A DNA stretch of 64,000 bases from Candidatus Poribacteria bacterium (GTDB lineage Bacteria; Poribacteria; WGA-4E; PCPOR2b), in assembly GCA_965215015.1 (NCBI GenBank), contig OZ244042.1, forward strand, positions 5,280,001 to 5,344,000, given 5' to 3'. The position numbers and the translations under genes were made by a program. A model generated the notes under the pieces. It ran no database searches. It was not told where the DNA came from and was given only the letters and a program-made list of their open reading frames with translations. Below are positions 8,621 through 18,050 of the stretch, one piece after another; position 1 is the first letter of the stretch, and every line of letters begins with the position of its first letter.

Positions 8621-10228
8621 CTACGGATTCATCACCGTTACCTCTTCGCCATCCTTAAGGGTGTGCTGCCCGGCGATGACTACCTGCTCGCCCTCAGAGA
8701 GACCGTTAGTAATCTCCACCCGGCTGCTTTCAGCCAACCCTATCTTGACCTGCCGGCGTTTGCTGCGTCCATCGGCAACGACAAAGACGGTTTGGATCTT
8801 TTTGACGTTATCTTCGATTATCGCAGAACGCGGGAGGAGGAGGGCGTTTTCATGAATTTCCACTGGAATCCTAACCTTCGCAAACATGCCCGGCTTCAGG
8901 CGCAGCAGTGCGTTGTCAATCGTAATTTCGACTTTCGCAGATCGACTCGCTTGGTCGAGAACGGGGCTGATCAGGGAGATTTTCCCGGTGACAGGTTGTG
9001 CCAACGCATCCACCTCAATCCACGCCTCCTGATTATCGGGGTCAAGTTTGCTCAGATCTGCTTCGATGACACTGACTGTTGCTTTCACGGTATCGATGTC
9101 CACAATCTCGAAGATTGGTGCGGTTGGGGCTGCTAGCCCCCCCAGATCCAGATAACGCATGGACAAGATTCCAGCGATTGGTGCCGTGATTGTTGCGTCG
9201 TCAAGGTGCTCTTGCGCGAGCTTCTGTGCGATTTTTGCTTGTTCCAGCGCGGTCTCCGCGGCAATAATTTCCGCCTCCCAACTTTTGGCGGCTGCCAACG
9301 CCTCGGCGGCTTCGAGAGTTGCACGCGCCCCCTCTACTTGGGACTGTGCTAATGCCCTATCCTTTTCCCATGTTTTTGTGTCCGCTTGGGCGTAAGCGAG
9401 TTTGAGGGCGGCTTCTGCCTGTGCGACCTGTGCTTCCATTGCTTGGATATCTTCCAAGCGTGCACCATTTTGGATAAGTGCGCGTTGTTCATTAGCGACC
9501 TCGTATTGCGATTTGGCAATATCTAATTGGGTTTTTGCTGATTCAAAGGATTGTTTGCTGATTGCGCCATTCTCAAAGAGTTTTTTCATGCGCTTGTGGT
9601 TATTCCGTGCATTGGTGAGGCTTGCCTTTGCTCCAGCCAAGGCAGCCTCTGCCTGCCTAAGATCCTCATCTCTCGCGCCACGCTTAATCTTGTCTAAATT
9701 TGCCTTGAGGGATTCCAAGCCTGCCTTTGCCTGTTCAACCTGTGAGGTGGTGCGGGTTTGTGACAAATCTTCTACCTGCTGTAGGGCAATGGTAGTGGAT
9801 GCCAGCTGTGCCTTTGCCTGATTGATTTGCGATTGGACACGAACCTTGGCTAACTTCTGTGCTTGATTCAAAGCGGTTTCCGCAGCCCGCATTGCGGCTT
9901 CTGCTTGACGCACTTGGAGCCTCAACTCTGCGTGTTCAATGACCGCGAGCATTTGTCCTTTTGTCACCCTTGCTCCTTCTTCAACGTCCATTTGAATGAT
10001 TTTTCCGGGCACTTCGGGGAAGACGGTGACTCGAGAGTTTGCTTCAATTGTGCCGGACAGCTGCAGCTCGGAGCGGATTTCGCCGCGGGGTGCTTTCATC
10101 ACCTCGACAGCTTTGATTGTTGCAGCGACCGCTTCGGTTTCACTCCTTTGTTGCCTAGTGGCAAATCTGATGAGAATCGCTGCGAGAGCGATTAGGATTA
10201 TTAGTACGATAATCCCCAATTTTTTCAT
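8621..10228 (-). CDS. RND efflux periplasmic adaptor (MFP) with long coiled coil
   Basis: N-terminal TM anchor, VFPEVPGKI lipoyl-like motif, ITAPIAG, LKPGMFAKV and GLSEGEQVV. Confidence 0.92.
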   Translation of the reverse strand: MKKLGIIVLIILIALAAILIRFATRQQRSETEAVAATIKAVEVMKAPRGEIRSELQLSGTIEANSRVTVFPEVPGKIIQMDVEEGARVTKGQMLAVIEHAELRLQVRQAEAAMRAAETALNQAQKLAKVRVQSQINQAKAQLASTTIALQQVEDLSQTRTTSQVEQAKAGLESLKANLDKIKRGARDEDLRQAEAALAGAKASLTNARNNHKRMKKLFENGAISKQSFESAKTQLDIAKSQYEVANEQRALIQNGARLEDIQAMEAQVAQAEAALKLAYAQADTKTWEKDRALAQSQVEGARATLEAAEALAAAKSWEAEIIAAETALEQAKIAQKLAQEHLDDATITAPIAGILSMRYLDLGGLAAPTAPIFEIVDIDTVKATVSVIEADLSKLDPDNQEAWIEVDALAQPVTGKISLISPVLDQASRSAKVEITIDNALLRLKPGMFAKVRIPVEIHENALLLPRSAIIEDNVKKIQTVFVVADGRSKRRQVKIGLAESSRVEITNGLSEGEQVVIAGQHTLKDGEEVTVMNP

Positions 10229-10339
10229 TTTTTATCTCCGTAATGTAATACGTGATTTGTAATTTGCATGAAGGTTACAACATACGGCGTATGCCTACTA
10301 CCTTAAAACCCAACCTACAATACAATACTTTCTATTGAA

Positions 10340-11563
10340 TTAAGTGGGGTGCTGAGACATATCTGAAATGAGGGCTTGGACCTCCGTTTCTAATTCCAGT
10401 GTGATGTCCTGTACTGTCTGTTTTTTTTGCTGTTTGTAGGTTTCGTATAGGTCAAGCAGGTTCTTTGGGGCACCGAAACGCATGAACACGATACGGGGTC
10501 CCCTTGGTTTTGAGACTCCAAAAACCTCTCTTTCCAACCGAGTGATGACTTCCAGAAAACGCTCTGGCGATCGAGTTTCACCGACGTAGCCGTCGTAGAT
10601 GGCTATGAAATTAAACAGGCGGTTTAGATCCGGATAAAATTCTTGAAATTTTTCCAGTCGCTGTTCGTGTATCTGTTTTTCATAAGCGGAGATTTCGTCC
10701 GTTTCCCTGTAGACTTCTGCATCGATTAGATTCTTCAGGGCGCGGACGCGTGTTCTAGGAAGGGTGGTTGTTTGGGGTGTAACGCCCATAAATTCCTCCA
10801 TCTGCAAAAGGATATGTTCGCGCAACGCCTCAATCCGCTCGTTCAGCGATCTATTTTTATCCGCTCTAAGTTTATATTCCCTTTCCAGCGTTGACACTAT
10901 AGCGGCACCAATCTGTCGCAGCCGCCCATACAGATCTTCGGCGGCGGGTGAGCCTTGGGGCAGAATTTTTCGCTCTAATCTGGCGAGTGCGTCCTCGATT
11001 TCGTCCCACATCTCCTGGTCGTAGATGTACTTAATACCGATTGGAACAATGTAAAGTGGTTTGACTGCGTCTGCCTTTTCCATGTCGGCCAACGCCCAGA
11101 AGCAGAGTTGGACAACGCCGCTTTCAAAGGGGAGCACCGTATCGTTCTGACGTGAGATTTCGCCTTCGGCAAAGATGACCAACGGGTGCTTGCCTTCTGC
11201 CAGTAGTCTCCGCGTTGTCCGAAATGCTTCTCTGTCCACGCTAGCGCGCACCACAGAGTATGTCCCCAGCCGCTGCATAAAAAAACTTCTGACTTGACCT
11301 TTGAAGGTTTCCCGCGCACACATATAGCAAAACTGGCCTCCAATTCGTTTCGATAGCGCGAACATGATGGAAGCGTCCGCATAGTCGGCGTGGTTGGGCA
11401 CCAGGACCATCGGGTGGTTTGCAATTTCCCTTAGCTGCTCCAGTGATTCAGGGTCGATAACGAATTTAGAGATTTTCATCGGGCCGCGCAGCACGAAAGG
11501 CACCAGCCATTGGGCTGCCCTGATGAAAAGTGAGTTTGGTTTGGGCGGCTTGAAGTCTAGCAT
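10340..11563 (-). CDS. Lysophospholipid/1-acylglycerol-3-phosphate acyltransferase (PlsC domain)
   Basis: PNHADYAD (HxxxxD) and IFAEGEIS motifs. Confidence 0.88.
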   Translation of the reverse strand: MLDFKPPKPNSLFIRAAQWLVPFVLRGPMKISKFVIDPESLEQLREIANHPMVLVPNHADYADASIMFALSKRIGGQFCYMCARETFKGQVRSFFMQRLGTYSVVRASVDREAFRTTRRLLAEGKHPLVIFAEGEISRQNDTVLPFESGVVQLCFWALADMEKADAVKPLYIVPIGIKYIYDQEMWDEIEDALARLERKILPQGSPAAEDLYGRLRQIGAAIVSTLEREYKLRADKNRSLNERIEALREHILLQMEEFMGVTPQTTTLPRTRVRALKNLIDAEVYRETDEISAYEKQIHEQRLEKFQEFYPDLNRLFNFIAIYDGYVGETRSPERFLEVITRLEREVFGVSKPRGPRIVFMRFGAPKNLLDLYETYKQQKKQTVQDITLELETEVQALISDMSQHPT

Positions 11564-11654
11564 TTTAATTGGTTCATTAGTTCATTAAATATACACCTGT
11601 CGCACCTTTGGAGCTAATGAAGCGTAATACGTGATACGTAAGAAGAGAGGGGGC

Positions 11655-13085
11655 CTAATTGTTTATTGGCATTTTTTGCCCAATTGCTTTTTCCAATCGG
11701 GCGAGTCCCACGGCGTAGTCGTGCAAGGATTGGAGGCGGTTCACCTCCGCTTGTGAGAATGCGAGTTGTGCGTCGGTCAGTTCAACACTGGTGATCATCC
11801 CGTTTTCATAGCGCAAGTTCGCAATTCGCACGCTCTCTTGGGCTTGCTCAACCGTTTCGCGTTGCACATCGATGAGTGTCTTTGCCTCAAGCAGATTGAG
11901 GTAAGCAGATCTCACTTCTAACTCGATGGCGTTGGTCATTTGTTGCTTCCCAAGCTGTGTCTGTTTCAGTCCGGATTCTGCTTGCTTCACGGCAGCCCGC
12001 GTCGCTAAACCGTCGAAGATAGGGACATTAAGGGCGAGACCGAGATTCCAGATTCGGTTCATCTCTTCAAGTCTTTCGTTATGGTCGATCTGATAGTTGG
12101 TAAAAAAGGAGAGGGCGGGACGGCTGCGGGTCTTGGCGACGTCAACCTGTTTTTTGGCGGCACCTTCGCTGAATTGGAACTGATGGAGCTCTGGTCGTTT
12201 CTCCATCGCCAGTTGGATCAGCGGCTCAAGGTCAAATTTGAGGATTGGTCGTTCCAAGCTACCATACACCTCGATTGACTCTCCGAGGCCGATATTCAGC
12301 ACATTTTTATAAACATCCATGGCAACCCGCTCACTATTTTTGGCGCGGATTAGGTTCGATCTGGCATTGGCTAACAGCACTTCCGCCCGCAGGATATCAA
12401 AGTTGGTAGATGCGCCTGCCTCGAAGAGGTTTCGAGCAATTTTCAGCTGTTTTTCGACAAGTTTGACTGTCTGTTCGGAAACTTCGACAAATTCAAGGGA
12501 CAGGAGGACGCGGTAGAAGGCTTCGGAAACGTCAAGCACCAATTGGTTATACGCTGCGTCCAGTTCCTGGCGTGCCGCTTCCAAGCTGAGTTTCGCACTT
12601 TGATAGTTTTTGTAGTAACGTCCCCATGCAAAGATGGGTTGGTTCAGGGTCAGCTCCGCCTGAAAGTTATGGTGTGCTCCAAATTCCAGTTCAATGATGT
12701 TTTGGTTGTCACTGTCCGCGCTGGGAAGGGGTGGTATTTCTCCCCCTACGCCTGCTGGCGGTCCAAATGCGCCACTTGCCTCAAGGACGGATTTTGGGAG
12801 GTCTTTGGCGTATCTATAGCTACTGTTAAGTGAAACATTTGGCAACAATCCTGCATGTGCAGCGCGCACTTGTGCTTCGGCAGATTTCACGCGCTCCTGA
12901 GTTGTTTGGATCGAGAGGTTGGTTTGTCGAGCGATTTGGATGCTATCTTCGAGCGTCAAGGTTTTTAGCCCTTGTGCGGGTACGGTGCCAATCCATAAAA
13001 GTAGTAATATGGCTGTTCCAATTAAGAAATGTTGTTGGGTCGTTTGTGAAGCATGAAACGTGAAACGTGAAGACCGTTTCCCCAT
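11655..13085 (-). CDS. TolC family outer-membrane efflux protein
   Basis: LTLEDSIQIA, LNQPIF, LNVPIFDG and RYENGMITSVELTDAQ: duplicated OEP domain. Confidence 0.92.
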   Translation of the reverse strand: MGKRSSRFTFHASQTTQQHFLIGTAILLLLWIGTVPAQGLKTLTLEDSIQIARQTNLSIQTTQERVKSAEAQVRAAHAGLLPNVSLNSSYRYAKDLPKSVLEASGAFGPPAGVGGEIPPLPSADSDNQNIIELEFGAHHNFQAELTLNQPIFAWGRYYKNYQSAKLSLEAARQELDAAYNQLVLDVSEAFYRVLLSLEFVEVSEQTVKLVEKQLKIARNLFEAGASTNFDILRAEVLLANARSNLIRAKNSERVAMDVYKNVLNIGLGESIEVYGSLERPILKFDLEPLIQLAMEKRPELHQFQFSEGAAKKQVDVAKTRSRPALSFFTNYQIDHNERLEEMNRIWNLGLALNVPIFDGLATRAAVKQAESGLKQTQLGKQQMTNAIELEVRSAYLNLLEAKTLIDVQRETVEQAQESVRIANLRYENGMITSVELTDAQLAFSQAEVNRLQSLHDYAVGLARLEKAIGQKMPINN

Positions 13086-13225
13086 TCTCTTCTCCTCTGT
13101 TCAATTGTTCAATCGTTAGTGTGTTAAATTTCAATCAGGTGTTTCAACTGCATTAGGTGGAACGTGGCTTAGGCGATTTCTTCTTACAAGAATCTTTCCG
13201 TTTTCCTGAACAGGTTGGCCCCCAT

Positions 13226-14542
13226 CTACTCAAGCCTCGCCTCGATCCGTTTGACAATTTCTTCTCTTGTGAAGGTTTGCTCCAGATTCATCACATAGAC
13301 GCCGAGGTTTTCGGAGCTGTCCTCCTGTCCGACAAAGACAATTCGTGTGCCATCGGGGGTAAAGATTGGGTCGGTATTGATGACCTCGTTGTTGGTGAGT
13401 TGTCTCTGATTTTTACCGTCTGCGTCCATCATAATAATTTCGGTGTCGCCATCTCTATAGGAATCAAAAACGATTTGCGTGCCATCGGGTGAAAAAGCGG
13501 GGTGCGCGTTAATCGCTGGATCATCTGTCAATTTTATGAAATTGCTTCCATCGCTACTAACGACGCAAATTTGGCTAGAAACGCCAAGGGGCCCACCTAC
13601 AGCGTAAGCGGCGAAGGCGATACGTGCTCCGTCGGGGGAGAATGCCGGTCCGTGGTTATTGGTTTGGGTTTGGGTTAATTGTTTCTGATTCGCGCCATCT
13701 GCGTCCATGATATAAATTTCACTGTTTATGCCGGCTCTGTTCGATTCAAAAGCAATTTTGCCACCGTCGGGGGAAAAGGTCGGATTGCTATCCGTGGCAG
13801 TATTGGCGGTCAGGCGTTGGTTCGCTTTTGTATTGATATCTGTGACGAAAATTTCGTCGTTTGGGTTGTGCCATCGAATAAAAGAGACGTAGGCGACTTT
13901 TTTGGCATCGGGAGATAGAGCGGGGTTGTAGTCACTGGTATCGTTGAAGGTCAGCCGCTGCCTGTTTTCTCCGTTGATATCCGCGATGTTCATGACATAA
14001 ATCTCGTTATTGTCGTCAACGAAAGCGGTGAAAGCGACCGTATCAACGGCGGTTGAAACGTCATGAATTTGGACAAAGTTGGGGGTCAAACGGGTGCTTG
14101 GATAGGTGTCGCCGGTGAGTTTGCCAATCTTTTGAACCCAATCTTCTCGCTGCGAATTCTGCAGAATCTTCAAAAATGAACTCAGTGCAAACCTGTCGTG
14201 TCCAGCCGCCATGTACGCTTCTCCCAACGCAAGTTGTACCTCAATGCGTTGCGGTGCGGCCCTGGCAGCAGTTCTCAGGGATTCAATCGCCTCAGTATGG
14301 TGGTCTAGCTTCAGATATGCCAGTCCCAGTTGATAATGGGCTTCTGGGTTCTCCGGTGCTCCCTCTAGCAACTGCTGAAAATATGCGACCGCCCCCTGAT
14401 AATTACCGGCTGCAAGTAACCCTTTGCCTCTTTTTATAGATGTGTCTTCTCCGCAGCCGGACAGCGACACCAGCAGGATCAGGTATACTAAAACCGTGAA
14501 ACGTGATAGATAAGTTACACTGATGGGATTATATTTGTTCAT
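13226..14542 (-). CDS. Lipoprotein with TPR repeats and TolB-like PD40 beta-propeller
   Basis: Lipobox LSGC; TPR motif PEAHYQLGLAY; repeated P.FSPDG..I.F.S motifs. Confidence 0.88.
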   Translation of the reverse strand: MNKYNPISVTYLSRFTVLVYLILLVSLSGCGEDTSIKRGKGLLAAGNYQGAVAYFQQLLEGAPENPEAHYQLGLAYLKLDHHTEAIESLRTAARAAPQRIEVQLALGEAYMAAGHDRFALSSFLKILQNSQREDWVQKIGKLTGDTYPSTRLTPNFVQIHDVSTAVDTVAFTAFVDDNNEIYVMNIADINGENRQRLTFNDTSDYNPALSPDAKKVAYVSFIRWHNPNDEIFVTDINTKANQRLTANTATDSNPTFSPDGGKIAFESNRAGINSEIYIMDADGANQKQLTQTQTNNHGPAFSPDGARIAFAAYAVGGPLGVSSQICVVSSDGSNFIKLTDDPAINAHPAFSPDGTQIVFDSYRDGDTEIIMMDADGKNQRQLTNNEVINTDPIFTPDGTRIVFVGQEDSSENLGVYVMNLEQTFTREEIVKRIEARLE

Positions 14543-14600
14543 TGGCTCATTAGTTTAGCAATAGTCTCCTTTAGGGGTAACACACTTCACTTTAACAGGT

Positions 14601-14635
14601 TTGTATTGATTTTGTCTGTGAAATTATGATACATT
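14601..14635 (+). promoter_or_regulatory. Putative sigma70 promoter upstream of the structured RNA candidate
   Basis: TTGTAT-18-TATGAT or TTGATT-18-TACATT (TG-extended) in an AT-rich stretch. Confidence 0.4.
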
Positions 14636-14640
14636 TTCCT

Positions 14641-14841
14641 AGCTTTCGTGGGAGTGTCTCACCCCTATCGCACGATAGGGACTCGTACCTCCCGTGAGAC
14701 GGAATGAGAGAACGCCTGTTAGGCAAAGCCTAACCGAGAGGCTACAAGCCATCTGACAGCGGCTAACAGACAGGATAGAGCCATTCCACTCCTAAAGGAA
14801 CAAGTAAGAATCCCAAGCCTTTAGGGGTGGGGGTACGTCAA
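14641..14841 (+). ncRNA. Candidate stand-alone IS200/IS605 omegaRNA-like structured RNA, or non-autonomous IS end
   Basis: 3' ~80 nt is homologous to 5105-5183 and ends GTACGTCAA; multiple stems; no tnpB ORF upstream. Confidence 0.55.
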
Positions 14842-15100
14842 AAGTTCATCGCTATACGTCTATCGCCCCGCCCCGATAGGTCGGGATTCAAAAGCAAGGT
14901 GCTTACTACTGTTTCCCGCTTCAATTGGGATTGGGTGTTGGGTTTCACGGTTCCCGTTTAACCCCACTCCGTTCGGAGGGTCTTCGACCTACGCGATGTC
15001 AAATGTCAACACGCCCTAGCAAAGCCATTTTTAGGTCATTTGAGGGATTTGCCCCAAAATGGACCTTCTCAAAGACGGATTGGAAATGTTTGACGGATTC

Positions 15101-15835
15101 TTAACCCTCATGATTTTGCCAATCGATTTCATCAAGTGTCTCTGCGGTCAGCACTTTCTCAAAAAGTGAATCCAAACGGGACAGACTCCGTATCAAGCTA
15201 ATCTGACTGGTTACAGATTCAGGAACGGAATCAAATCGGAACCGCAGCAGCTTGAGGAGTACCGCCTGTGTCGCTTGGGTTTTGCCCTGTTCAATGCTCT
15301 GTTCAATGCCTTGTTTAATGCCCTGTTCAATGCCTTGTTCAATACCTTGTTTAATGCCCTGTTCAATACCTTGTTCAATACCTTGTGCTTTGCCCTGTTC
15401 AATGAGATGCTCTGCCATTGTCTGCACCATGAATCCTACCTCCTCTCTATCTGAAGACTCTTGAATATGTTGGGCTACAAGTCTGCTTAACTCTTCTTTG
15501 AAATGTTTGACGGATTCTTGGCCATCATGATTTTGCCAATCGATTTCATCAAGTGTTTCTGCGGTCAGCACTTTCTCAAAGAGCGAATCCAAACGGGACA
15601 GATTCCGTATCAAGCTAATCTGATTGACTACAGATTCAGGAACGGAATCAAATCGGAACCGCAGCAGCTTGAGGAGTACCGCCTGTGTCGCTTGGGTTTT
15701 GCCCTGTTCAATGCCTTGGGCTTTGCCCCGTTCAATGCTCTGTTCAATGCCTTGTTTAATGCCCTGTTTAATGCCTTGTTTAATGCCTTGGGCTTTGCCC
15801 TGTTCAATGAGATGCTCTGCCATTGTCTGCGCCAT
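15101..15835 (-). CDS. Two fused Rpn C-terminal (RpnS/DUF4351-like) cassettes; second internal start at 15430
   Basis: Two copies of M(A/V)QTMAEHLI-(xQGx)n-...LDEIDWQNH, each preceded by GAGGAGG; CAA at 15518-15520 where other copies have TAA. Confidence 0.75.
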   Translation of the reverse strand: MAQTMAEHLIEQGKAQGIKQGIKQGIKQGIEQSIERGKAQGIEQGKTQATQAVLLKLLRFRFDSVPESVVNQISLIRNLSRLDSLFEKVLTAETLDEIDWQNHDGQESVKHFKEELSRLVAQHIQESSDREEVGFMVQTMAEHLIEQGKAQGIEQGIEQGIKQGIEQGIEQGIKQGIEQSIEQGKTQATQAVLLKLLRFRFDSVPESVTSQISLIRSLSRLDSLFEKVLTAETLDEIDWQNHEG

Positions 15836-15922
15836 GAATCCTACCTCCTCTCTATCTGAAGACTCTTGAATATGTTGGGCTACAAGTCTGCTTAACTCTT
15901 CTTTGAAATGTTTGACAGATTC

Positions 15923-16447
15923 TTAACCATCATGATTTTGCCAATCAATTTCATCAAGTGTCTCTGCAGTCAGCACTTTCTCAAAAAGTGAGTCCAAACG
16001 CGACAGACTCCGTATCAAGCTAATCTGATTGACTACAGATTCAGGAACGGAATCAAATCGGAGCCGCAGCAGCTTGAGGAGTGCCGCCTGTTTCGCTTGG
16101 GCCTCACCCTGTTCAATGAGATGCTCTGCCATTGTCTGCGCCATGAATCCTACCTCCTCTCTATCTGAAGATTCTTGAATATGTTGGGCTACAAGTCTGC
16201 TTAACTCTTCGTGCTCCGCCACAGGACGACGATGTAATATCAGCAAAAGCAGATAGGATATCGCCCGACGACGCTGCCGCGCTTGCGCTTCACCAAGAGT
16301 ATTGATGTGCAACATCGCTTCGATTAACGCACCCCTTATCACTGCCTTGGACCCATCTTCCTTTTGCAAAACCGTTAACAACCACCCAAGCGGATGGTCA
16401 GTCCGCGTCAACTTCGCTTCATCTGTCTCCTTCATACTGAGAAACAG
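15923..16447 (-). pseudogene. 5'-truncated duplicate of the rpn gene containing an intact RpnS-like ORF (15923-16144, 73 aa)
   Basis: Near-identical to the 3' half of 16521-17807; lacks the nuclease N-terminus; GAGGAGG-N7-ATG at 16144. Confidence 0.8.
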
Positions 16448-16520
16448 TTTTTAGGTCATTTGAGGGATTTGCCCCAAAATGGACCTTCTCAAAGGCAGAT
16501 TGGAAATGTTTGACGGATTC

Positions 16521-17807
16521 TTAGCCATCATGATTTTGCCAATCGATTTCATCAAGCGTCTCTGCGGTCAGCACTTTCTCAAAAAGTGAGTCCAAACGCG
16601 ACAGACTCCGTATCAAGCTAATCTGATTGACTACAGATTCAGGAACGGAATCAAATCGGAGCCGCAGCAGCTTGAGGAGTGCCGCCTGTGTCGCTCGGGC
16701 CTCACCCTGTTCAATGCCTTGTTCAATGCCTTGGGCTTTGCCTTGTTCAATACCTTGTTCAATGCCCTGTTCAATGCCTTGTTCAATGCCTTGTGCTTTG
16801 CCCTGTTCAATGCCTTGGGCTTTGCCCTGTTCAATACCTTGGGCTTTGCCCTGTTCGATACCTTCGGCTTTGCCTTGTTCGATACCTTCGGCTTTGCCTT
16901 GTTCAATGCCTTGTGCTTTGCCTTGTTCAATGCCTTGGGCTTTGCCCCGTTCAATGAGATGCTCTGCCATTGTCTGCGCCATGAGTCCTACCTCCTCTCT
17001 ATCTGAAGACTCTTGAATATGTTGGTCTACAAGTCTACTTAACTCTTCGTGCTCCACCACAGGACGACGATGTAATATCAGCAAAAGTAGATAGGATATC
17101 GCCCGACGCCGCTGCCGCGCTTCCGCTTCACCAAGAGTATTAATGTGCAACAGCGCTTCGATTAACGCACCCCTTATCACTTCCTTGGACCCATCTTCCT
17201 TTTGCAAAACCGTTAACAACCACCCAAGCGGATGATCAGTCCGCGTCAACTTCGCTTCATCTGTCTCCTTCACACTGAGAAACAGGGTGTCGAACTTCGG
17301 GACAAACCGAGAAAACACATCGGAAGTGTCCATGACTGCATCGAGGGTCAACGGGGTGCCCCATCTCTGTTCGCCGGTGTAGAATACAATCGGGAGAATC
17401 GGACGGAAACGCCACTGACTTTTGGGAACATTGTTGGATTCCCACTCCCGGCGTTGGGCATCCCAAATCTGGGTCATGTAGAACAGCACCCGAAATCCCA
17501 TTATCACATCGACGGTGGATTGGTGTTCGATGAGGATATAGATTAGCAGCTGGTCGGTTTCTGATTCGCTATGGAGTGGCACGCTAAATACGAGGTCCGA
17601 TTCCTGCTGTCGGAGGTTGTCGGTTATAAAACTCCTGTTAATCTGTGCGAGTTGGGTAAAATCGATGAGTTCTACCAGTTCGGTTGCGAGGATTTCTAAC
17701 AATCCTCGGACATTGTGTTTATCTTGAAACAACCATCGGGCACTCCGGTCGGGGAAGTGTTCAATGTGTATGTCGAAAAAATTGAGGATTTCTGTTGCTT
17801 CTACCAT
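16521..17807 (-). CDS. Rpn family recombination-promoting nuclease/putative transposase (YhgA-like PD-(D/E)xK)
   Basis: SFITDNLRQQESDLVFSV, YILIEHQSTVD, RVLFYMTQIW and PILPIVFYTG motifs; C-terminal (EQGI/K) tetrapeptide repeats; AAGGAG RBS; internal GAGGAGG-N7-ATG at 16982. Confidence 0.92.
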   Translation of the reverse strand: MVEATEILNFFDIHIEHFPDRSARWLFQDKHNVRGLLEILATELVELIDFTQLAQINRSFITDNLRQQESDLVFSVPLHSESETDQLLIYILIEHQSTVDVIMGFRVLFYMTQIWDAQRREWESNNVPKSQWRFRPILPIVFYTGEQRWGTPLTLDAVMDTSDVFSRFVPKFDTLFLSVKETDEAKLTRTDHPLGWLLTVLQKEDGSKEVIRGALIEALLHINTLGEAEARQRRRAISYLLLLILHRRPVVEHEELSRLVDQHIQESSDREEVGLMAQTMAEHLIERGKAQGIEQGKAQGIEQGKAEGIEQGKAEGIEQGKAQGIEQGKAQGIEQGKAQGIEQGIEQGIEQGIEQGKAQGIEQGIEQGEARATQAALLKLLRLRFDSVPESVVNQISLIRSLSRLDSLFEKVLTAETLDEIDWQNHDG

Positions 17808-18050
17808 AGCTCCTTAGATTTTCAAACAGGTTCTGAGACAAACCTAGAATGTCGAGATATGAATCTTGACCTACGAGTATTAGATTGGGCTAGCAGATCA
17901 GGCGAGGCCGCCCAGCTTACAAATTATGGATAAGGTTGGGGGGAGCTGTAAACCTGCCCTATCAACTCTTATAGTTTAGTATAGTTTAGTGATTCATTGT
18001 TGCACAACATGACGCACAACGCTCGATCCCAATTCCGTCAGTCCTACTTC

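Noticed and set aside
14701-14790. Group I intron/IStron-like motifs (GAGAGGCTAC ... AGGATAGAGCC resembling R and S elements)
   Set aside because: P4 and P7 pairings could not be completed, there is no interrupted host gene, and the element ends in TCAA rather than a terminal G. A covariance-model search would settle it.
15252-17016. Plus-strand Cys/Pro-rich ORFs (PCSM repeats)
   Set aside because: Antisense shadows of the EQGI repeats.
15101-17807. Diversity-generating retroelement or shufflon explanation for the Rpn cassettes
   Set aside because: No reverse transcriptase or invertase nearby; copies are direct, and differences are mainly repeat number rather than adenine-specific.
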